Positions 15,301-46,511 of a stretch of DNA of 64,000 nucleotides are shown here, piece by piece. Made by a program: the position numbers and the translations under genes. Numbering within the stretch: the first letter of the stretch is position 1; every line of letters begins with the position of its first letter. Source of the stretch: Tubiluchus corallicola (Eukaryota; Animalia; Priapulida); assembly GCA_030141605.1 (NCBI GenBank), contig JAQGDQ010000068.1, positions 124,001 through 188,000 on the forward strand. Reading direction: 5' to 3'. A model generated the notes under the pieces. That model searched no databases, was not told where the DNA came from, and saw only the letters and a list, made by a program, of their open reading frames with translations.

Positions 15301-16395
15301 CGTTCTGGCCATATTATTTCCTTAGACATTTCCCAATCGGCACAATTTCGCCGATTGCTGGAGACTAATTTCTGGCCATTGGAAACCGCAACTGTCAACC
15401 ATATTCGTAATCTGTTATTTTGCAATCTCGTGTTGACAACATTTTTGGAATTAACAATTTTCTAATGAATTTTCTAGATCGATTACGGTTATTTAGTTGG
15501 TTCTATTATCGGCCCAGAGCAATATTGGTTTCTGCTTGGGGTTCATGAGCTGGCAGTGAGCGGCAGTTAAACAGGACAATAAAAGACAATATTAAACAAA
15601 GTCTCACATTAGTTGTTGGCGTTCCAAAAGCATTATATGTTGAAAAATAATTTTAGTGTCTTTAAACAGTTTCATTAATCGTGCAATGCAAACTGGTTTA
15701 CTTTGCTTTGTTTCAAAATGCTCGTAGTCTTCTTTCATTCGTGTGCGTGTGCTTCTTGATTTATTACTGTTTTTGTGCTATTATCTTAATTACCCCATAA
15801 ATCCAAGGAGCAAAGCTGAAAGCCATTATGGACGCCCGACTGTCTTGCAATCTTCAGCCTACACGTACGACTTTATTGAACTGGGGCTCACTTTCACAAA
15901 GAGCTGATGTCTGCAAAAAGATGGCACTATTGATCTGCCTTCTTCTAAGCTGAGTTTGTTAGCCACAGTGACTTGAATCACATAAGTGTCTTGAAAATGT
16001 CTTTCTAAATCCATCCGGACGTGCATGATAAATACCAATTTTGACTTACTGTAGATGTATGTACCTTTTTAAAATTCGTTGCCCTAGACGGTTTTCTGAA
16101 ACAATTTTGATATTTATGCTAAACAGTTCCTACTTCACATTACTTAACCGTACGTCCCATATTTGGTCTGGAGTCAGCAGAATGCGAATGAAGAGATCAG
16201 TCTATATGGTAAATATTCTACAGGATGTGGTAACAAGATTTTGCTACAGTGTTTGTTTGTGCAAAAACGTGCTAACATCCACTGGCCAACACAAACTTTA
16301 TAGGCATGCCTTGTTATCGGTCTAACTCCATAAGCTCATCAGTTTTATATTACTTGCCATGAAAATCACTGCATGGCTTTCAGGTTTGATCCACC

Positions 16396-16396
<1 letters not shown>

Positions 16397-16444
<48 letters not shown>

Positions 16445-16503
16445 TCTCCCTCCCTCCCTCCCTCTTTTTTCCTCTCACTCTCTCTCTCTCTCTCTCTCTC
16501 TCT
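16397..16503. repeat. (CT)n / (CCCT)n microsatellite
   Basis: Directly visible polypyrimidine dinucleotide tract. Confidence 0.97.
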
Positions 16504-18013
16504 GCTTGAGTGTGTGAAACATAAACATAACTTGGACTGCATTTTCATAAATTGAAGTATACAGTATTCAATCATTACTCAGCACATACATCGTTACATG
16601 CATGCCTTATCCCTCGGATGCCGCACACGTTACTCAACCACATTTGCTCCTCTGCATATAAGTCTAACTCTTGACTCTGGAGTTGGAGATGTTGATCCAC
16701 TCATTTGATTGCTAATTTTTTTACTTGAACTTCAGAAAATAGTCCACCGTCGAGATAGTTCCAGGTTATATCACTTTGCATACTGATGTCTTTACATTAA
16801 AATGTAAGCAAGTCTAGTTTGTCATCATCAACTCTTTCAAACACGTAGATTTACTATTCCCTGTGGCATAGTTTCGAAAGCTGCCATGATTTCCATGAGG
16901 CAATAAAAACTTAAAATCGGTTACTAACAAGACATTACGTAACCCGTTGCTGTGTGCATCTAGCAATTCGCAAATGGCTCACATCAGTTTAGATTGGGGA
17001 ATGTCTTTATTACCCCGAAGGAAATGCATGTTTACGAGTTTTGCAATGTCGCTTTTATTGCGATGTTTTATGCGTTTTTAATCTTCTGTTCCGATGCTTC
17101 ATTTGGGTTGTTTAATCTGAACGGAATGCTACTTATGTTTACTGGGACATTGAAGGCTTTATATTCCACCCATTTTAGTCAGCTTGAATTGCTTTCACAG
17201 TCAAGCTTCGTTTGAATCACATTGTCAAACTAAAATCACAACGATCATTTAAAATCATTTCTGTGTCTTGACAAAAGCGTTTCAGTTGCAAAAGAATTTC
17301 ACAAATTGCGAAAGATTTTTTTCAAAAGTTTAGCTTAAATGTTGGGCTTACTGTTAGGGCCAGTGAATATGGAATTGTATTCTATGTAAAGGGATTTTTA
17401 TAAAGTTGCACTTTTCTAGGTGTAGCAAGTGTGTAGTAGTAACCCTACTATCTATTTAAATCCGCAGTTCCTTTTTCACTGTCACTTCACATTTGCACCT
17501 GACCCTGTCACTTATATTATGGTACATTTGTAAAAGGTACTAACTACTGGTACGTCTTCCTATGTAGTTTTTACAGTATATCACTTGGTAATGGTTAAGT
17601 ATATATACAAATAAACTGACGCTGACCACTGTCTGATGTAGTGCCTTCGATTGTTGTTTTGATGGCAGATTACTCAAACCCTTGGTGGCGAGTTTCACGT
17701 TTCTGTCCTCCTTACAGGCGTGTAACGTGAACTACGGATTACTATTAATGGCAAAACATCAGTTGATGAAATATCGACTTCTTTCTCGGGTTGCTGTAGA
17801 GCTGTGATACAAGACGAATTTGTTAGGTATATATTTGAAGCTAGGCAGGCGCCACACTGAAACAATAAAAAGAAATGGTGTTAAGTGCACGACAGTTTTA
17901 AAATATTTTGTTAAACAAGACACTATTTTGATTCACAACTGGTTTCACTGTGTTAATTAGCGGCTAGATTATTGGAATTGAGGCATGAATGACCAGAAGC
18001 CATACATAAAATT

Positions 18014-18090
18014 GAAAGTAATCCAGGATATGAAAACAGAACCTGTGCCTGCATGGCAATTACTTTACCAGTTGAGCTATTGGCTCAGCC
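18014..18090 (-). mobile_element. Decayed tRNA-derived SINE head or tRNA pseudogene
   Basis: Minus strand GGCTGAGCCAATAGCTCAACTGGTAAAG has an A box (TAGCTCAACTGG); only a degenerate B box (TTTCATATCC) downstream; no intact cloverleaf. Confidence 0.45.
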
Positions 18091-18471
18091 TGGCAAAGCA
18101 GGTCTGAGATCTCACCTTAGTAGTCTACAATCAGTCAGAGCCACCTAGATGCATGTACGAGCATACAAATGTTAAAAATTTAGTTTCTTCCTTGAATGTC
18201 TGGCTTCATCGTCATATAAAGTAGAGTGGAAAAACACTGAACCCCTTGTACAATGTGAAAATGAAGTTATAAAAGCGCAATATTTTGCAAAATGTGTGGT
18301 GTATTAATTTTGACTCTGCAGGCAAACAACATTTCTCGGATTTTATTACCATAAACTTGGTATTATTTATTTCAGAAAAACGTTACATAGTAGAGAGATG
18401 GACATAGAAACCCGCTGTGAAAGTTTACAGCCATCGTGACGGAAACAAATGTACTGCGTAAAGCCATCAGA

Positions 18472-34888
<16,417 letters not shown>

Positions 34889-35910
34889 CACTGTTCTTTG
34901 GAGGACAGTTTGCATATATATATATATATATATATATAATAGACAATGTGATTCTGTTTGCAAAAAAAAACTACAAAGCAATTGAGATATCTGTGTGAGA
35001 ACAGGACTATGAGAATGCCTTGCCAACTGAGCAGTTAAGTGAGACTGATTTATAAGTAATTTTCTATTTCCTTGTATCATGTAATTGTACATTAAAACAT
35101 TAATACAGATGTAAACTGTATTTCTGTAAATTTACAGTTATTAAACCTGAAAGTCGTTCAGAATTTACAGCAGTTCTGCTTGTTATTACATATTAATTCA
35201 GTTAACAGAAGGAAAATGCTTAAAAGAAGAATTTTGCATGCCTGGGTTCTCTCCATTTTCTAATTAACGTGAATTTAAAATTGAAAACTGGATCCCTACA
35301 TAATAAAAAACTCAGATATGGGTTCTCCTACATCTTCAAACCTAGTAGTTGAGAGTAAAAGTATTATAATAGTATATAAGTATTTTGTTACCACGAAAAG
35401 ACAGAAAAGGGGTTGTTGTGGAGAATCCAAGTGATCCTGACCAAATCGCCTAACAGTATTGTATAATAATAGAACTTAGTTAGCATGGATCTGCAAATCG
35501 TAGGCCAGCAAAATACATGTATTTGATCAAGGAAAGTAAATCCCTTTTATAAATAAAATCATGTAGTGTTTAAAAATGTGTCTAAAACATAACGTTAGTT
35601 AGGATGACATGCTATGTTTCATTTCATCATTCCACAATAGATCTATATGACACCTGATGAATTGTTGCTGTTGTTGTTACTGGGCATTGCCCTTTTGAAA
35701 AGAGACCTCAGGCTCTCCCAATTTGCAACAAATCGTTATGACTGTACTATGCGCAATCGAATTCTGCGTCGATTGGTGAGTGGGACATTTGATCTGCCAT
35801 TTTGAATTCAAAATGGCGGCGACAACATTATCCAAACAATGCATATGACGTCTTACCAGCTCGTTTATGACACTGTTCAACAATAACTTCCTGGTTAGGC
35901 TAAATAAAGA

Positions 35911-37690
35911 TCTATACTCTTATATTAATATTCTTGGTATATATATATATTTATTTATATATAAGATTCGAGGCTACAGCTTCGACGAGGGCACCATTTG
36001 CGGCGATCTATATATCAAACGAAAGGTCTCTATCTAGTGTCGTCTCATTGGGGGTTTATTTTTCGAATCGGGCCCACCGCGAGGAACGGGGGGCGAAAAA
36101 CCTCCAAAAATGGCCATTTTTCGGCCGTTTTTTGCAAAAGTTATACGCCTGAGATGTAGAGAAATGGAATAGGCCGAGGGTGGTTCTGGATATGGATAGA
36201 TAGCCCGTTCAGCGATGGGTGTCATAGGCCTATTTAGAATTCGCGAGAGGGCCAGGGCGTCCCGCAACGGGCGTTTTCCCGGACCCAACTCGCGATTTTT
36301 TCGAAATTTTGAGCAAACAGCCTGCGGGAAAAACGTTCTAGCGGCGCCCGGTGGGACTCTCGAATGGAGATATACGGCTCTTTAGAAAGAGGAAGGACAG
36401 GGCTACACGATGATGTGAGCTACATTTTAGGACAGGTCCACCGAGAGGAGTACTGGCGAGTTAATTAGATGTTCTATTTTCGGCAATTTTCGCTTAGAAA
36501 ACTGCTGACGCAATGCCATTGTTGTGACGTCATCCATTATACTCTGATCGTATAGTGTTTAAGTGATTTATATCTATATAGATTGTATATTAATTTAATG
36601 GATTCGTTTTCTATTTAATTGATCGCTACAAGGTGAATTTATCACCCAGCTCCGAGGGCTTTAGAAGAGTCTATCGGGCAATAATTTTGTCCCTCAGGAC
36701 TGACACTTCGACCTCGCGTTGTGAGTAAGGTCTTTTTCCCTCAAGCTATCTAGCGTTGCTCCCGCAATTGAGCTTTATTTAATTAATGCACTGCGAATCT
36801 ACAGGATCGTATCTCGGATTAAGTGTTGCTTAACTTTGAACACTCTAAAGCATACATGAACTCATTAGTTACGTGTCAAAGTGAATCAGCTTTATTTGTT
36901 TACAGAATTTACTTCTATCTAGGTAATTACACAAGATTTGTCCTTACACGCTTGTAGGCGTTTACAACTAATGTATAGCTCCAGAAAGATACTCAAGCAA
37001 TTCACTGAACAATTATTTAGTATGCTGCACTTAAGGTGCTTAATACAATGCAATGTGGACTACAGTTATGCAGAGTTACTCTCAGTTACTAATGCGTTAA
37101 GATTACTTAATTCGGTGGAATGACCACAATGCACCTCGTACACTTGGTCAACTCCAGACTTTCGTTGATCGTTGGCCTTCGAGTTTTTCTGCTCCATGGG
37201 AAAGATCCCAATTGTCGGCGATTCTTCAGAACCTCTTCGCTTGGCGTCTTCGAGCGCCGATACAAACTTGGCGTCGGCCATAAAATTCTCTTCCAAAGAA
37301 ATTTGCCTATTGCGACTTTTTTGTTAATTAAGTGCAACTCTGCATAAGGCTATAAAGAACGATTATGCCCTCACTGAACAGGTGCCTGTTTACTCTCAGC
37401 AAACGATAAAAAAACACCTCTGTGGAATAATTTGCTTCTCATTAAATCCGTGCTGGAGAGTTCCTCTATTAATCAATAAATTTATCTTATCAAATCATCA
37501 AATCAGGGAGGCATATATTTTATCTCCAAATTATCGATTCATAAATTTATTCACGACAATAACTTTATAACTTTAATTCAGTAAAAGCTGCTGCTGGCTT
37601 TGCGTTATAAATGAGGACTGTGTAGGATGTTCGCGTATTTTTGATTATGAGTGTATTTATATGCAAAATTTTTTGCGGGGCCTTTGCTAG
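35911..37690 (+). mobile_element. Non-autonomous Helitron, solo copy (~1.78 kb)
   Basis: A|TCTATAC 5' end, (TA)n tract, 3' hairpin GCAAAATTTTTTGC 10 nt before CTAG|T, AT target with no TSD; homologous to the array units at 57-60 kb. Confidence 0.85.
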
Positions 37691-37885
37691 TTAGTAAATA
37701 ATGTTCGACTTTTAGTGTAATCCAGATGTATAAAACGTTGAATCCAAATATAAGTGGTATATTTATATTAACAATGACTAGGATACAGAGACAGAGCAAG
37801 TACAAATTAGAATAACACAAGTGTCAAATCCGTAATCCTAACTAACTCAGCAGCATTCTGACGCTGCTAATATAGGCTCAACCGA

Positions 37886-38000
37886 GCATGCTATTTTTAG
37901 CTCACGACATCAGTTCTATTTTTAGAACTGTGCTCTGTCGACAGGCTGATCAATGGTCAGCATCTATTTTTAGCACATGACATCAGTTCTATTTTTAGAA
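37886..38000 (+). repeat. ~42-bp direct duplication (37886-37927 and 37959-38000)
   Basis: AGCAT(G)CTATTTTTAGCWCAYGACATCAGTTCTATTTTTAGAA occurs twice. Confidence 0.9.
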
Positions 38001-39744
38001 TAATCTTCTGCTGACTTGATAGTCTGTAATCAGCTTGGTCAATGCAGCTAAATGCGACTGATTTAGTAGGCGGATTATCAGCTGTTAACCATCTGCACGT
38101 TCCAGTGCTGAACATCTTGCAGAGTGTTGGTGAAACGTGATCATGTATATGCAGCTGGTACAGTCAAACTGGAGCCTGCCTAACGGTCATGACGGTTATA
38201 ACTTCCATTTTGCTTGAAATGGGTGCTGGCTGCTGTTTGTAAAAAATGGGCATAGCTTATCATTGCTGTTTCCGAGAAATGGGCACAGTTGGTTTTTGGG
38301 GTTTGTTGGGTTTTATGGTGACAAACAAACAAAGCCATCAAGTACTGCTTAGTATAATATTTTATTGTTCGTGCACCATCATCACAGCACATGGCCTTTC
38401 GTCATTTTACTTCATATTTGACATACAATGAGACGCCATTTCCCAAAATATATACATTTTATCTGGAATGAAATGCATATTCTTTTAATGAACTAATTGA
38501 TTTCTTACCATTAAGTGAAATTAATTCGAAACTTTCAGTTGATAACTAAATAAAATTAAACAAAATATACATACATCTTTGGCATCAAATTGTGAGTTAC
38601 ACAGAAAATTTGTCAAAACGTTATTAGCGCTTTGAACACATTGAAACTTGAATGACAGGTATTTAAAACTAGGTCGCTAATATTGGAGCCAGATGTCACC
38701 ACCTTACAAAGAAGAACGGTAAGTTAACGTAATCAAATCAAAATGCACATTTCACAAACAAAAATCCTTAACACAGTTTCCAAGAAATTAGTGCAGAAGA
38801 TCATTGCTGTTTCTGAGAAATAAGTGCAGCAAGTCGTTCACACTTGACGTGTGAATTAGACACAGCTGTTATTAGTGTTGAAGTGGGCGCAGCTGATGTC
38901 ACCTCATCGACCTCTAAAACTTAACTTTCACAAGAGTGCATAATATATACACGTATGTAGAAAGCACGGATCTAACATTAAACAGCCTAAAGCGCTTATT
39001 AATTACATGACGCGCATAATTACTTAACATAAAATAATTCAATCCTACTCTATTGTTAATCAAAATACAAAATTTATGGCAATACGAGACTAACTGAAGG
39101 CCTTAAGGCATATTATGTCGAAACAAAAATATAATAAACTTTATAAAAATTACAAAGATGGAACTTATATACTCAAAGTAATTGAATATAATCGAATATA
39201 ATGGAATTGAACTTTTTTACTGAGGAAAGAATAAATACACTATCCAAATAAAATACTTGGTGGGGTGTGTGTGTTGTTGTGTGGTGTTTTTTTTTTTTTT
39301 GGTTTGTTTTTTTGTTTTGTTTGGTTTGTTTGTGTGTTGTACGTAACATATAAGGCGTCAATGACTCAATGTGTTTATTTTCTGCTATGTGCATCCATAA
39401 AATCTACCTACACGTTTGTTGGTTTATGTTAATTGTTTTATTACCGCCTAGACTCACTGTTAGTAATTAAACAATCCTACTTCAACTGTAAATAAAACTT
39501 AAATATATTCCGGGTGCGTTGAAAACTCGTGGACTAATAAAATTAACGTGTAATAGCATTTGACAAGAAAGCTAATGACAGTGATAGTGCAGAGACATCA
39601 AGAATACAATAACAAGGCAATAAAAAGGGGCATTGATGTGCAAGAATTTTTATGTCATTTATTGTTATTTGTTACACAAGGTAGTAGCAGTTACTGTTAT
39701 TATATCTACAAATACAAACACGAGTGTTTTTAAATTTAATCACT

Positions 39745-39902
39745 AAGTATGCTTCAGAAGGATCCTAAAATGCAGGAAAATGCGTTTCTCGTTGGCCCCC
39801 TAGCTGAGCGGTCGGGGACTCTACCACAGGCTTCCCCACATTCGCCATTCTGTTTGGTCACAATTGGGCCACTTCCTTTCAAGAGTCCCGGATCCGCACC
39901 TG
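39745..39902. mobile_element. One end of a PIF/Harbinger-like MITE
   Basis: Ends in CCGGATCCGCACCTG, the reverse complement of a CAGGGGCGGATCC-type TIR, preceded by AAAATGCAGGAAAATGCGTTTC; the partner TIR was not found. Confidence 0.45.
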
Positions 39903-41399
39903 CAAGTGGAAAACAGAAATTCAGCATTTCACAGAAAGACAGTAAAATAGTAGTAAAAATCCTGTCTTTGGTTTCTAGCATTAAAGAATTCATTGCCGAT
40001 GTTCACAAATATGTGAAAAATTCATGATGGCCACCGGAAGTGCCAAAAGTACTGCTAGCAGGTAAATTGTGATCGACAAAAACTTAGGCAAGAAATTGCG
40101 AATGCTTCCAGGCTTCCATCATTTGTTTTGAGAGGGAAAAAGATACCTTCAGTTAATTCACGTGGCAAGTATTTGAGGAAGTAACAAAAACGTCTGTATC
40201 TCTAACCAACACTCCCACATCTAAACGTGCCAGTGCTTGAACGTTTTGTTTTGGGTGATAAAGTCAGCACGTGCACGTCAGTTGACAATGTACGTAGAGT
40301 CGTTCACAAGGAAAGAAAGGTTAATAGAGGCAGCTACTTCAACATCAAGTACCAAACGTGTGACATAATAGGCAGGATACAGTTTGAGCTAAATGGAACA
40401 GCTCTGCTAAACAGACATGGGAACCACACAGGACATCATATACGGCCAGATGAGTCTAAAGCATGTCTACACTTCTTTAATTAATGTTATTGTCATCAGC
40501 TGTACTGCGGCAGATTGTCAATTTATGTGTCCATTTGCAGAATGGTGATGAATGTGACAGAATGTTTTAGCAGTAATGTTGTTGTACATAATAACACGTA
40601 GCTTGTGCATATTTGTGTACCAGGAACTATAAAATCAGTTTGTTGATTTGTTGTTCATTGCTGAATTTTTATAATTGTGATAACATGTTGACGCTAGGAT
40701 GAACATTAAAATTTTGATGATTTATTTTAGTAATTGTTATTATTCGTACAATATTTATTTAGGTAGATCTAAGCAGATTTTTTTGTCACTGGAAAACGTC
40801 AATGTCTAGTGTGTTTTCCTCTGCTTTACTACACTGTAGCGAATGCATTGTACTCAAAAGCCGACTTGCAAATATGTGCCATAGTTCATTTTATGGGAGG
40901 GAAAGTTGGGCAGCTGGGACAAATTTTTCTGCATAAATGCCCACCTGTTAACTATACTAACTCAGCAAGATAATAGCAGCGGCAGCAGTGCTCTAGCTGT
41001 CAGGTAACAGCACTAAAGCAATGCGCCGCGGTTGGTGCTCATCCAAGCTTTCTGTTACGCGTCACAGATGTGTTATGCTTTTGCAACTGTCTTTTGCAAG
41101 ACGGTTGTTAGTGTTGTGTGGACGAGGTCACTGACGTGGTCCAAAAGAATAGACGGATTGTACTATAAACAATCTCAGCAATGTTGTAGAAATATTAGTG
41201 ATAAAACGCTATGGTAATTGCTTACCAGTCAATCCAAACCAATTTAGCTACAGATAAAAGCACCTGAATCAAAAAGAAGTTTCTTATGTTCATAGCAATA
41301 GTGCTATAATTTTTATTACATTTATAGCGGTATCGAAAGCCTTTCAACCTGGCAAATTATTTTAAATGCTTCTAAAGCTCAAAAACTGAATTTATGCCA

Positions 41400-43150
41400 A
41401 AATAATATAGGTATTTGGTCATTTGGATATAAAGCACTGTATATACTCACAACAAGCTCTGGTAGTAAGGCGTAATAAACACAGGTCTTCTTTGTTGAGG
41501 CACCGAATCTGGAATGAAAATTACAAGCCGATACGGGATATAATAGCTGATATACATCGCAAGATGCGCAAGTACCATCGTAAATTTTGGCCAGGTAATG
41601 GTAAAACGCATTACGCAACCAGAAAATAGCTGAGAATTTAACATTAAACATTAATAGACATTTTTGGTCTGATATCAAAAAAGTACGTAAAACAAACAAA
41701 GCTGTGGCGAACAACGTTAATGGATATACAGACTGCATTAGCATTGCAAATGATTTTGCCAAAGAATACGTAAAACTGTTCAACAGCGTTGGGCAATGAT
41801 TGTATAACCAGTTCCACTCAGAAAACGAAAAAGACGTATTTGTAATCACGGTGTTCGATGTCAAACTAGCGATTGCAATGTTAAAAAAGAGGAAAAAGTA
41901 ATGGGTCGTTAGGCTTAGATAGTGATTATGTAATTATTGGTCCAAGCATGTTATTTAAGCACTTAACCATCCTATTTAACGCAATCTTCAGACATGGCTG
42001 TTGTCCGCGTAAATTGTGTGCACAAGCACAATCATCCCTCATGTGAAAGAACCCCATGCCAATCGCAACACAAAAGCTAACCATATAAGCGTTGCTTTCA
42101 CTTCATATGTCACGAAGATAATTGATTGGCTTATAGTAAATGGGGTCAGGGAGAATTTATCTAGCTGCAAACTGCAATTTGCATATAAGAAAATTGCTCC
42201 CCTGATTTGTGTACTCTCATACTCGAAGATACGGTAATATACTATCTTGAAAAAAACGACTAATGTTTACGTTTGGTTATTAGATTTTTCTAAAGCATTT
42301 GACAGAGTAAATATCGTAACTTTGATGTCTAAATTGGAAAATCAGTGCAAATTACTCCAACCATTATTAACATTTCTATGTTATGTGTTTATAAATCAGG
42401 AAACATGTGTGTACAATAGAACTGTTGTAAATCATAAATTTGCAGTCACTAATAGTATAAGGCAGGGTAATGTGCTATCTGGTATTCTGTTCACAATTTA
42501 TGTTAATGACCTTTTAATCAACCTTCAAAAATCTAAGTATGGTAGTCATCTTCTAAATGTTAGGGGCTGGGTTACGTGAACGACATAATTCCCCTTTCTT
42601 GTCTGCAACCGGCCTTAGGAAAATGCTTAATATCTGCTCAGCATAGGCAAGTAGTCATGATATGTGCTTCAATATTGCGAAATCCAAAGGGATAATATTC
42701 GGAAAATATATTTGTGTCGACATGCCTGAAATATATATTAGTGGGAAAAAGCTAAAATGGCATAGTAGTGTCTTTCATTTAGGGTACAATTTAACTAACA
42801 ATCTCGACCAACTGCCTGATATTAATGATTTTATCCAATCAGTAATTCCCTTGTATGCTTTTTTAGATCGGTTAAAAATAAACATGTGATTCTCGTTGGT
42901 CATTCTGCTGCTGGTTCTATGGCAGCTCTATACTTGAGTTAGTAGACAAGAGTGTTTTAACAATTTAAAAATCTGTAACTATGGAATTAAGGAAGACTTT
43001 GCGTAGGATTTTTTATATACCATAGAATTCACATTCGAGTATGACTCATTGCTTTTCTGGTATATTACCATTCCCTGTTATAAAATCTTATAATTGCAAA
43101 ACTTAAGCAAACGTCGTACAATCGTATTAAAGTTATGCAAGACAAACAGA
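41400..43150 (+). mobile_element. Decayed non-LTR retrotransposon ORF2 reverse transcriptase region (RTE-X-like; clade uncertain)
   Basis: FWSDIKKVRK, LQFAYK, LLDFSKAFDRVN, NSIRQGNVLSGILFTIYVNDL, LGYVNDI (degenerate YADD), FNIAKSK, HLG in order, broken by stops and frameshifts. Confidence 0.9.
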
Positions 43151-43889
43151 TCATGAGAAACTTGTCTATTTGAAATGATAATACAAGCATAACAACAATT
43201 GGAAAGTATACTCATTAATTCCGTAAAGTTTATTAGTGTTGCTAATTTTAATGAAATCGAGTTTATGTGCTGTGAACTCTCTGGACACTTAATGGTGAGT
43301 GGGCAGCACAGGGCTTTTGTGATGATGAAGTAAAATGGAATTTGCTAAATTTGCTTATCAACTAATTGTTATATTGTTTGCCTTTTTGTACATAAACACT
43401 AGTTATAAATGTTAATTACTAATCAATATAATTTATATCGAATTTTGTACAGATGAACTAACTTAAGAATGCAATTGTGTAAACTGTAATATTTACCCTT
43501 TTGCGAAATAACAATTGGATGTTATAATTATGTTGTTAGTTAATTCCACGCTTGTTATTAATGGAGTTCGTCAATGTTGAAAATATTTATTCAATTTTTT
43601 AAATGTTTTTGTTTCGTTCAATCCGTTTTGAGGGCAAGACGATGAACACAAGTAAACAAAAAGTGTTTAGGGCATTAGATGTGATAGCAGAGACAATCTT
43701 GATATAATTTGGTAAAAAGGCACAGCACTTTTCATTTTACAGTGAAAGAGTTGTCGAAAATTCCATTTTTGTACAAAGGTAGAGAAACAAAGCAATTACA
43801 GTGTGTTATTTAACTCCTATTACAGTATACTATTACAACTACCACAACCACTAGCACCACTACTGTGTGGATATGTTGTATATCTCCCT

Positions 43890-44875
43890 AGTCATGGACG
43901 ATATGAGTGTTATAGGTGTCGGAGATAGAAATAAGAATGGTGATCAACTCTGGAGTTCTCACAAACACGCTGTTCCCTCATAAAAAAGTTTCATCGGCTG
44001 GATGAAGTGAATGGGAACTCACACCGTTTGCATACTCAGAAATAAGAAACTCTGGGCCCATGTCAACGATGTGGAGTGTATAGACGAGCAGATGTGGTCA
44101 ACTGGATGGAAATATGCCGAATCAAGTTGATTACCCAATCATCAATAAGAAAGCCAGAATCTTGGCCAAGGATACAAGTGTGTGCAGAGGAGGAGATGTT
44201 GCCAGTGACCATTACTTAGTGAAAACTCTGTCACACTGGAACTGAATTTGACACACTGACTGACACCGAGAGACAGGACCGCAAAATACAACACTAACAA
44301 GTTAAAGAAAGAGGAGATCGAATAGCAATTTTGTCTGAAACGAAGTAATCGATACTAGATTCTCAAAATAGAAGATAATGCACATAATAAAAAGGATACT
44401 AGTGAAATCACCAGTTCAGATATGGAAAAAGCGTACAGAGGAGTACGCAGCAGTGGAAGTGCCAGATGTGACGAAATCCAAACCTTAGATGAAATCAGGT
44501 AGCGTGGGAGCCAGTTGATCAAACCTATCTATATCTAAAGATTGATCACACGAGATTGGAAAGGCTAAAACAGAGATTCAGAGGTGAATTCAGGTAGAGG
44601 GAACAGAGTGGTGATGAGAGGCAAGGGTGAATAATTAGAGGATATAGGACAGAAAAGTCAGGAAACTGCAAGGATGTAACATATGATAACATTGTCGGGC
44701 CCTTCAGATTTTCTGAGTAATTACACCAAGGCAGTCTAGCAGTGCTACAGTGAAAGATAAGAAGGTGCATGGAACGTCCTCACTAACAACGAGAACAGAA
44801 AACAGAGGTGGTTCGAACAATTCATTGAAGTTCTAAACAGTGAAGAACCAGGGAATCTGGTGACAGATAACGTAT
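43890..44875 (+). mobile_element. Decayed RTE-clade LINE, endonuclease and linker region
   Basis: GVGDRNKNGDQL, TLFPHKK, NQVDY, VCRGGDVASDHYLV, and GNVLTNNENRKQRWFEQFIEVLNSEEP are RTE-type APE and linker motifs; heavily disrupted. Confidence 0.8.
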
Positions 44876-45099
44876 GTTCTTAGTGCTCATTAAATGGAGG
44901 CAGTCTGTTGGGGTTTTTTTAAACGGGAAATCCTAGACAGACATCTTCATTAAAATATACAGTCAAGAAGAGCCATGGCGCAAGTCCCTGCATCCGAACC
45001 GCAAAGTTTTACTCATAATGTTGAAGAAAATTTTGAGAAGTGTGTTGATATCTACCTAGTTGAATAAAGCTGTTCATGGGGAACGGCATAAATTACCCT

Positions 45100-46500
45100 T
45101 TGTCGATTATGTTTTGGGTTAGTTTTTGCGAGATAAGATTTTCTCAAAACTTGAATCAAACTCAGGTTTTTACCATGTAATCATTGGACAAGGAGTCCCA
45201 GCTACTTACTATTATTGCCCCAGCAGGAAGATTTGCTTTCTGCCGTCTTCCATTTGGCATTTCGTCTGGGCCTGAAGTTTTCCAAAGAGAAGTTTTGCTG
45301 ATTCTGAAAGGTCTCCTGGTCATTTTAGTTGGTTTCATCAGCGATACAGTAGTTACAGGAAAAGACAAACCTGAGCATGATGAAAAGCTACACAGACCTC
45401 TTGGCACACTAGTAGAAGCTGCTGTTATACTAAATCCTAATAAATGCTAAATTTACAAAAAGGAAATTTAATTTTTGGGATGTACTATCAATGTTGAATG
45501 CTTGAATCCATATCGCTGAGCACTAATTGGCAAACCAGAGCAGCAAGAAAGGAACTTTCCTCAAGAAGGTTCATCACATATTGATCTTGAGATGGAAGTT
45601 ATTCGAGCAACGGAAAAACGACTAGAGCAAATTCGTCAGCACCAAGGACAAAATATGCAAGCATTTATTAAAACATGCTGCAGAAGGTTGGTTAGACAGA
45701 TGTGTGAACTACTCGATGCTTTAAAACCATACTTCGAGCATAGAACAGACATCATCATTCAACAAGAGTCTGCCACCTGACTCTCCATTATTTCACCATT
45801 CTCGATCGCCTTCACAAAATTCGTCAAGGTATTGTAAAGCGCCGTGAAAGAGCCCTTCAATCAGCGTGTTGGCCGGGCATCAGCCGCAAAATCGGTGATT
45901 TGATTAAAAATTGTAGAATTTGTTGCAAGAATAAGCCATAACGGCTTGCTGTTACTCAATTTCCAATGTGACCTTGGGAAAAGGTTGCTGTAGATTTCAT
46001 GTAGAGTGATTGCCAAGTACTCATTGATTTTATTATTCCATGTACAACGAACTGGCAAAACCTGGTGACACAACCAGCTCCACTGTGATAAATTCATGAA
46101 ATCCGCATTTGCCAGACGACTTTTCCCATTAACTGTCATATCTGACAATGGGCTTCAGTTTGCCTGCAAAGTGTTTACTGACTTTAAAATGGTGTATGAT
46201 TTAATCAAGTAACCAGTAGCCTAGGACACCCTTCATTAAACTGAGAGGCAGAAAGAACTGTCAAAAGAGTTTTTACGGAATGCTTCCGATCTGTATGGAG
46301 CACTTGTGCTATAGAACAAAACCATTTCCCAATAGATTCATTCCTGGGGATTGCTTGTCTCTGGGGAAGCTTCTTGCTCTTGTTCTTCCGACTGAACTAG
46401 ATGCTAAAGTTGTTGACGCTTCCAGCCTTCGCAAAAAAGAGGCAACACACAGACTTTAATAAACAATTTAATTTTAACAGTGGGAATGCAACCAAATCTC
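45100..46500 (+). mobile_element. Decayed Ty3/Gypsy pol fragment (RT joined to integrase; RNase H apparently deleted)
   Basis: LDKESQLLT..AGRFAFCRLPFGISSGPEVFQ, ISDTVVTG (YxDD remnant), LNPNKC..FLG; then QGIVK...WPGIS...NCRIC zinc-binding motif and ISDNGLQF, AERTVK integrase core remnants. Confidence 0.9.
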
Positions 46501-46511
46501 TTCTTGAGACG

